A stretch of DNA of 64,000 bases from Octopus vulgaris. Lineage: Eukaryota. Shown one piece after another: positions 55,491 to 64,000 of the stretch. The translations under genes were made by a program, and so were the position numbers. The stretch's first letter is position 1. Every line of letters begins with the position of its first letter. Location of the stretch: NCBI GenBank assembly GCA_951406725.2, contig OX597832.1, forward strand, positions 64,480,001 through 64,544,000. Direction: 5' to 3'. The notes beneath the pieces were generated by a model. It did not search any database and was not told the DNA's origin. It was given only the letters and a program-made list of their open reading frames with translations.

Positions 55491-56592
55491 TATATATATA
55501 TATATAATTCTCCGCTTTCCTATGAAGGGTAACAACTTTGTATCTGTGTTAGGCCCAGTTTTATAGTCGAATGCTTCTATATAGTCGTTTCGTCAACAGT
55601 AAAAAGCAGCCAAATATCCCTTAAAAAGCATTTTACATATGATACATTAGACAATGAAAGGATACATTAGACAATGAAACTGTTATAATATAAAGTAATT
55701 CTCGAGTGACACCGTATCAAGATTTGGCTGCAGGTAATGGTATACGCATAAACACACATACATAAATTCATGCATACCTACATGCATACGTACATACATA
55801 CATAATGTAAAAAGCAGTTTGAGTTTTCTGTTGTGCAGTAAAGGGATTAGTTTTCGAGTGATATCAAGTTTGGGTAAATTACGTTGAAACAGACTGACAG
55901 AAGAAAAGTTGGTACTATGTTAGTTGCGTAGATGGATATTCTTGTCTTGTATAAGATCCAGAACATGATGGATATCGAAATAAATAAACGTCTAATCTGC
56001 AATATTTTTCAATTGTTTTAAAGCAAAATAAAATTGGGGAAAAAATAGAATGCAATTAGCCGAAGAGTATTTTATTTTCGGTTGCAATTAAAGAGATAAT
56101 GTAATTATCTATTTGAAAGTAAGAGGATATTTGTTAACATAGATACGTATATTATCCTCTCTCTAGGAATTCGTGACTCAGTCTATATAACAAACACATA
56201 TTGCTATAAAAATAAACATCCATGTATGCACACAACTAAAATCATAGAAACGTATCACCATCAAGCTGCAAGTAACGTTATACACATGAACACATGCACG
56301 CATTTATAAAAACACTAACATAAATACATGCGTACCTACATGCATGCACGTATACGTACATACATAAGTAATGCAAGTACATACATATACGCGTATACAT
56401 TCATGGCAAACTTTCATACAAGCACATCTATCTGTAGACATATTTAATGTATTTACATATACACTGCAAATACGAGTGCGTGTTTATGTATACACATTTG
56501 ACTAAAGCTTTCATGTAGAATACGTATGCAGACATTTATATACACTTATGATACGGTAGACAGAAGCTGTTATGTAGAATATACACGCACAC

Positions 56593-56667
<75 letters not shown>

Positions 56668-57186
56668 CATATGTATGTATATGTAGGCAATGAATTATGC
56701 AAATACATTAGAGGAAGTTTTCATATAGATGTACACATATATGTATATATGTTTAAACACGCGCATAAGTGCGTGTATGTAAGTGTGTGTGTGTGTATGT
56801 GTGTGTATGAGTGTGTATGCATGTATAATCAAACTTCACTTGCACTCACACAAAGCTCTATGCCAGATACACCGCATCATACATAAATAATAATAGCAAT
56901 GAAAAAATCGATATATAAAGTAGAAGGTTGGAAGAGAATTTATGTTATTATCTTCGGTTTAAGTTCATTTCAATTGCTTATAATTGCTTTATTTCTGACA
57001 AGGTTACACAGTGTTATGTAAATTTATTACATCTATTCTGGCGCTTTAACAACAGCTCATTCTACTTACTACTTTGCAAATCTACACAGATTTTTCGCAA
57101 GAAGAAAATATGTAGTCGCTGGAATTCTATCTAGAAGAGAAACGGCGAATTATTATATGCTTTTCGTATATATGTACATATATATT

Positions 57187-57189
<3 letters not shown>

Positions 57190-57218
<29 letters not shown>

Positions 57219-57469
57219 TGTATGTATGTATGTATGTATGTATGTATGTATGTATGTATGTATGTATGTATGTATGCATGTATGTATGTATGTATGTATG
57301 TATGTATGTATGTATGTATGTATGTATGTATGTATGTATGTATGTATGTATATATATATGTACATATATATATATATACATACATATATATATATACATA
57401 TATATATAATATATATATATATGTGTATATATATATACACACACAGATATACATATACACATACATATG

Positions 57470-57556
<87 letters not shown>

Positions 57557-57585
57557 ATATGTATATATCTATCGATATAGATATA

Positions 57586-57631
<46 letters not shown>

Positions 57632-57636
57632 TATAT
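57190..57636. repeat. (TATG)n/(TA)n compound microsatellite, representative of dozens in the window
   Basis: Direct observation. Similar arrays lie at ~24500-24780, 26700-27010, 28575-28773, 32205-32370 and 36240-36490. Confidence 0.95.
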
Positions 57637-57844
57637 TGGCGGTTAGATTTGTGTTGAAATTTGTCATCTCGTTCGATAACATTTTTTGTTCCTCGGCTAC
57701 TTTTAGTTGAGTTCATTCTATTATTGCAAACATTAGTGTATCACTGCCTGCCTGCCTGCCTTCCCTCCCTTCATCTCTCCCTCCCTCTCTCTGTCTCTGT
57801 ATTTATCAGGAATGTTGTGCGCACAAGAACATCCGTTGCAACCT

Positions 57845-58140
57845 TGTAGTGGTTCAGGTCCCACCCCACCGTGCTTCACCTTTGGCAAGTGTCTTCTAAT
57901 ATAGCTCCGGGCCCGCCAATGCCTTGTGAGTGAATTTGGGAGACAGAAACTGTGCAGAAACTCGTCGCCCATCTATCTAACTATATATATGTGTGAGTGT
58001 GTGTTTATGTATGGCTTTCCAACCACATGGTTCCACTTTCAGTGTCACTGCGTGACATCTTGGGCAAGTGTCTTCTACTTTAGCCTCGGGCCACCCAAAG
58101 ACTTGTGAATGGATTTAGTAGACGGAAACTGAAAGAAGCC
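57845..58140 (+). mobile_element. Two tandem 5' halves of SINE family A
   Basis: 'ggcaagtgtcttcta..tagc..cgggcc....ttgtga.tg.attt..agac.gaaactg' occurs twice. Confidence 0.8.
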
Positions 58141-58149
58141 TCTCCGCGT

Positions 58150-58400
58150 ATTATCCTTGCCCTCGGACCGCGGAGTAGATGAAACAGGGACAACCGAAGA
58201 AGGAGAATATTCTTTATGTTGTATGTCTCGTTTTTTTTTTTGTTCCAAAAAAAGGTCATTTTTATGTTTTTGTTTTAATGCTTCCGTTTCTCGTTGTGTT
58301 CAACGTTTATATGATGTCCTGTACCCATATAGGCATGTATATATACATATATGTATGTGCATGTATGTATGTATATATGCATATATTTATATATTATTTA
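58150..58400. mobile_element. Fragment of the LTR-like family (homologous to ~28320-28570)
   Basis: gagtagatgaaac...gaagaagg...cgtttctcgttgtgttcaacgtt...gtcctgtacccatata. Confidence 0.55.
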
Positions 58401-58405
58401 TATTA

Positions 58406-58462
<57 letters not shown>

Positions 58463-58971
58463 TAAATAAATAGCACAACGAAGCACCGATATTTACTGGA
58501 AAATAGCGAACGTAAGAAATACGACGCTAATGTATAGCTTCACTGCGTATGTATAATTTTACCCTCACGGGATATCCTTTACTGGAAAGCAATACTCTCG
58601 TATTGCATTACTATTTTCATATATATATTTTTATATATATATATGTGTCTATCGAGTTGCGCTTCATAATAACAGGAATCTTATATATATATATATATGT
58701 GTCTATTGAGTTGCGCTTCATAATAACAGGAATCTTACTGAAGAGCCTACCTGAGTAAATAAATATTATTTTTATTGCTGAAAAAGGTGAAACTGCAGTC
58801 TAAGATGAACAGAGTTAGTAAAAGTTTTTATTTTCACTTCACTAAATTTATCAAGCTTCTGTGTTTCTAGTACATACTTCGCCTTTAATGTACTTATATA
58901 TGAATAATATATGGCCTGTGCTAGAAACACCAGCGATAATAATTAATTTTATTTTATCGCATTTTGAATTT

Positions 58972-59033
<62 letters not shown>

Positions 59034-59044
59034 TCGTGCGTGTA

Positions 59045-59235
59045 TCTGTGCTTGTCCCCCACCATCGCTTGGCAACCGATGTTGGTGGGTTTACGTCCTC
59101 GTAACTTAGCGGTTCTGCAAAAGAAACCGTTAGAATAAGTACTAGACTTACAAAGAATAAGTGCTGGGGGTCGACTTTTTCGACTAAAGGCGTTGCTTCA
59201 GCATGGCCGCAGTCAAATGACTGAAACAAGTAAAT
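59045..59235 (+). mobile_element. SINE family A, 3' half
   Basis: atcgcttggcaaccgatg...gcatggccgcagtcaaatgactgaaacaagtaaa. Confidence 0.88.
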
Positions 59236-59700
59236 AAATCAATGAATAAAATATATTTAAAAAATACAAATACCCAGGGACCTTAATCATCTCTGGAATC
59301 TTCTTGGGTTCTCATCAGATGCCTGGGTGCGCTTATTGTTGTGCGGTTAGGAAGTTAATTTGGTCTCAATTCTTGAAATCTCTGTCAAATATCTTGCATA
59401 TCTTTGAGATGACCAAAGACGTGTGAGTAAAACTGTTAGAGGAAACTCGGCAAGATAAGGCGGCCATGTTTGGGTGCGCGCGCCTCTGACTCTCTTTTCA
59501 CTGATACCGCTTAAAAAAACGATACCTTAAACGATATCTTTGTGTATATCACCTCTCAAAGCAATTCGAATATATGATAAATGTCGGATACATAGAGGCT
59601 GATTAGGATTTATATGACTAGTTTAACCGCTGAAAGTTTAATCCCCCACCCAGCAGGACTGGAGAGCAGCGAGTGAAACAACTAAATGTTCATGTGTCTC

Positions 59701-59772
<72 letters not shown>

Positions 59773-60084
59773 GATATGGATGTGTTTTTATACGTGTGTG
59801 TGTGTGTTACATACAGTATGGTCTTGTAGTCTTAGCTTTCCACCAAGTGTTTATCCAGCAAATGTCTTGGAGATCTTTGTTAAGAGATATATTAATTTTT
59901 ATTGAAGTATTTTAAGTAATTCTAATTACGTAGTTGCCTCCTCCTGTCTTTCTGGACCAAAGTTTATCACTTAGCTTATGATATCCATCTTCTAATCACA
60001 CTTGGTGTAAAACCCATGCATTCATTCATTAATTGTGGTAAGTATTTTAGCAACTACCCCACCCATCTTCCGCTGCCATCAACT

Positions 60085-60430
60085 ACCGTTTAGAATGCTA
60101 TTTGACACTGGCAAAGTAATTATCAAATGAACTAAGTGGATGCTACACAACGATGCTACGAATGATCCCAATGTGAAATGGCAGCAACATATGACAAATG
60201 AATGCGTTTATGGAGACCTGCTGGAAGTTAGTGAGAACAGCAAGCAAATACGGCTGCAACTTATCGGGTCACCAAGTGCACCACCCTGACTGGAAGCAAC
60301 CAAATTAGTCGTGGGGGACTCACTTCATGGTGATAAAAGAAAATTTGGAATGTAACCAGGCAGCCGAGACAGTGATGATGACCGAGAAGTGTGACAGGCG
60401 GACACTGCTGCTGTGGTCCCGGTTGGAACC
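60085..60430 (+). mobile_element. Old RTE-group LINE 3' remnant
   Basis: Reads GCYTTMLRM / NVKWQQHMTNECVYGDL / RLQLIG, parallel to GCYTRMLRMALNAPWKSHTTN in the 55.1-55.3 kb element. Confidence 0.7.
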
Positions 60431-61300
60431 CTGCTATAATAATAAAGAATTGAGGGCAATACCTGCGACCCGAAGGACTTTCCGAATATGACCGTCAACA
60501 GAAAATTACTTTGAATGTTTTTTTAATGCTGTGGCAAGTCTCGAGAAACGCCGCTCATTTCAGTTCTAGAGGAGAGAAAGTCTATCGAAAAAGGGCTAGA
60601 CTCGGTGATTTGTATTTGGACGGCGTAAGGCACAAAGGGTGGGGGAGGGACTGATGCGAAATAAGACTGACGAGCTAGTCAAGAAATGGGCCGAGACCAG
60701 GCAAAATCGTAGGATAGTCTTCGAGTTATTCTTAGCCAGAAATCAGCTTTAATTGAGGATATCCATCACTAAGTGCCGGTCCAGCCGTAATCTTTGCTTT
60801 CCTTCCTATATTCAGAGTTACATCATAAGATCTGCATTTTTAAAAAATATAATTGCACTGGAATTTGGTTTCTGTCTACAGTAGATAGAACTACTGAATA
60901 CAAACACGTTCTCTGACTCGATACATCAAACCCTTGCCTACATCTGTAACGCTTAAATGTGTTTGCTTTAGAGATAAGCATTTGACAGTAACAAAGAAGT
61001 CTTTTTCACAGGAAGTGAAAACTTCAACATTACATTTGTTGACTGTAATACGACCGATATTATTGTAAATTCGCCTTGAAAGATAACTGGGGAAAAATTA
61101 TTCTTATTTCTAAAAACACATACAGAAACATACATACGTACACGCACACATATTTGTGTGTTAATAACTGCAGATGCGGATAACTTCAGAAAGTAATTAC
61201 GTGTATCTATCTACAATGTTTGTTAATATATATATACACATGTATACATACACGCATATTCATATATATATATATATATGTACGCGTATTTATCTATTGG

Positions 61301-61352
<52 letters not shown>

Positions 61353-61836
61353 TGAGCTCATATATCTATTGGCTCATATATATATATGAGCCAATACGTA
61401 ACTTCATGCCCGACAAACATATGCATAGATATACAAAAATATATGTAAAGGGGAGTGCACTATAGATGTATGCGTCAGCGTGTCATTGTGCATTTCTATG
61501 TGTATGAGTGTGTGTGTGTGTGTATTTCTGAAGGAGTTTTGATATTTGTGTGTGAATGTGTTTATGTATATATGCGTGTGTACGTGCGTGTGTGTGAGTA
61601 TGTGGATATCTTGCCAGGCATTTATTTATGTTTTATGTTAAAATTACGTGAAAAAAACTATATATTGATTCCTTTAATTCAATATCTTAAATTCATTTAT
61701 GATAAATATGTGATAGAAACCAAAAAAACAAATAAAGAATACCTCGAAAAAGAAAACTGGCGGAATGCAAGTGTGGGAGAGAAGAACGATAAGGATATTG
61801 AAGAAGAAACAGAAACATAGATATGTGGAAGGGACT

Positions 61837-61887
<51 letters not shown>

Positions 61888-62250
61888 TGAAAGCACATCG
61901 TAAGGTAGCAAAAAAAAAAAAAAAACGAAACGAGATAAATGAAAGAAAGGAAGAAAGTCTTTGATTTTCATTGAGTGAATGAAAATCAAGAGAGCAGACG
62001 ACAGTTTTTGTTTTGTTTTGATTATGTTTTCGTTTGTTTTTTGTAACCTATGTAGTGGGTTGTTATTGAAACCATCGACTCGTTTCAAGATTAGCCGAAC
62101 GTTGCTTTAATAAAGATCAATGACCTCCACCCTACACCGAACAGCTCAACGCAAAATTCGATAATTTAGGACGAGATTTCTTGTTATCGAACGTCCTTTG
62201 CCTCTTCGAACGAAGAGAAACATCTAACCCAAAGGAAATCATAATACATG

Positions 62251-62349
<99 letters not shown>

Positions 62350-62976
62350 GACATTTCAATATGACACACACCTAGTTACTTTAAGAGGGCATAGTTGCTT
62401 CAGTGTATGTATTTATTTAAAATTTAAATCACTATATAGACATGATTAAATACAGAGCCTGCATATATGTATATAAATGTATATATATGTATATATATAT
62501 ATATATATATATAATCTAAGTAGGGTTAAAATCTACGCTGTGTGGTTTTGAAGTATATGCTTATTTCAGTTTTCGAAATCCGTATGGAGTAGGTCTAATG
62601 TTTGTGTGAGATATGCGTAGGAGTTGAAAATACTGGAAAACATTCTATGCAGAGTAATAATATCAAAAGAGGAGATTGTCGAGTTTATTCATCATTACAC
62701 GTGTTTACTTTTCTATATATGTTTTCTAATTTCAATTGATATATGTTTTCTAAATCATGTACATTTTGTAACTCTTATTAACAAATGAGACACGGTAGTG
62801 GTGAATAAAGAATAATTAAGCATTTTGTATGACGATATTAAAGCCAGTGTGTAAATCTCGTGAAATTTGCGGTTTCATCGACTGACATGATGTGAAGAAT
62901 ATTAGCTATCATAAAAGCTTAGACTATCATATATACTAACTTCAAAGTTTATTGATTAGAAGAACAATCTACCCAT

Positions 62977-63032
<56 letters not shown>

Positions 63033-63034
<2 letters not shown>

Positions 63035-63380
63035 CGCAGGAGTGGCTGTGTGGTAAGTAGCTTGCTTACCAGCCACATGGTTCTGGGGTTCAGTCCCACT
63101 GCGTGGAATCTTGGGCAAGTGTCTTCAACTATAGTCTTGGGCCGACCAAAGACTTGTGAGTGGATTTGGTAGACGGAAATTGAAAGAAACACAGTTGTGT
63201 GTATGTGTTTGTCCCTCCAGCATCGCTTGACAACCGATACTAGCGGTTCTGCAAAAGAGAGCGATAGAATAAGTACTCGGCTTACAAAAAATAGGTCCTG
63301 GGGTTGATTTGCTCGACTAAAGGCGGTGCTCCACCATGGCCGCAGTCAAATGACTGAAGCAAGTAAAAGAATAAAAGAAA
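63033..63380 (+). mobile_element. SINE family A with intact 5' head
   Basis: ggcgcaggagtggctgtgtggtaag (A box)...gggttcagtccc (B box)...ttgggcaagtgtctt (CORE-like)...gactgaagcaagtaaaaga. Confidence 0.9.
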
Positions 63381-63789
63381 GAATATATATGTACATACAT
63401 ATTCACACAAAATACACATACCGTTACAATTTAAGGAGGGAGAGGGAGAGAGGAGGGACGGAAAAAGAGGGAAAGGGAAAAAGAGAGAGAGAGAGAGAAC
63501 GTGAAATAATTCTTTTGGGGAATGGTGAATCTCGAAGCAGATGTAGCTATAAGTAAGAGCTTAAAGATAAACCCTTTGGATATAAAGAGTGTTTTCTAAC
63601 CCAATATCTAGGTGCTATTATTTATAGATTTATCTGCTTCGAGATTAAACCATTACGAAAATAGATTTTATATATATAATGTCATGAATACATTTTAATG
63701 GAATTCGATAAATGCGGTTTTTATGGTACTCTATACTCTATAGTAGACATAGACACGATGTTCCACACATAGGAGGTTAGTAGAGCTAT

Positions 63790-63825
<36 letters not shown>

Positions 63826-64000
63826 GTGTGTGTGCTCGTGTGTGCGCGCGCGCCTGAGTGTGTGTGCGGGTCTGTGTACTAAACATTATCACCCACATAT
63901 ACTCACCGCACACCGCCCAAGTATTTGCCGGTAGGCTGCTAAATTGCGCAGCGGAGAAAACTCTATCAAAACCCAGGTGTTAACACAAATGAAAGTCATG

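Noticed and set aside
59290-59325. CTGATGA on the minus strand
   Set aside because: No GAAA follows a credible stem II.
60665-60690. CTGACGA...GAAA on the plus strand
   Set aside because: No stem II, stem I or NUH pairing is present.

Overview
This is an AT-rich, microsatellite-saturated eukaryotic region, intergenic or intronic, with no recognisable host protein-coding gene. The SINE families and repeat landscape look like an octopod cephalopod genome (inference). It holds three 5'-truncated LINEs: a Tx1/L1-type element inserted in a (TATC)n array (~36.9-40.1 kb, +), a CR1/L2-group element with an open ~700-codon RT frame (~49.6-51.8 kb, -) and a decayed RTE-group element (~53.7-55.5 kb, +), plus older RTE remnants. 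There are three tRNA-derived SINE families with many copies, several MITEs, and an LTR-like family sitting in TA repeats. The main hidden signal is about nine type-I hammerhead ribozyme (HHR) motifs, intact or decayed, from several distinct short element families mostly embedded in TA arrays. They include a TSD-flanked ~307-bp partial-tandem retrozyme-like insertion, an inverted pair around Penelope-like remnants, and a perfect 61-bp-arm palindrome whose breakpoint sits at an HHR core. Almost all short ORFs in the track are microsatellite artefacts. All calls were made by eye; no searches or folding programs were run.
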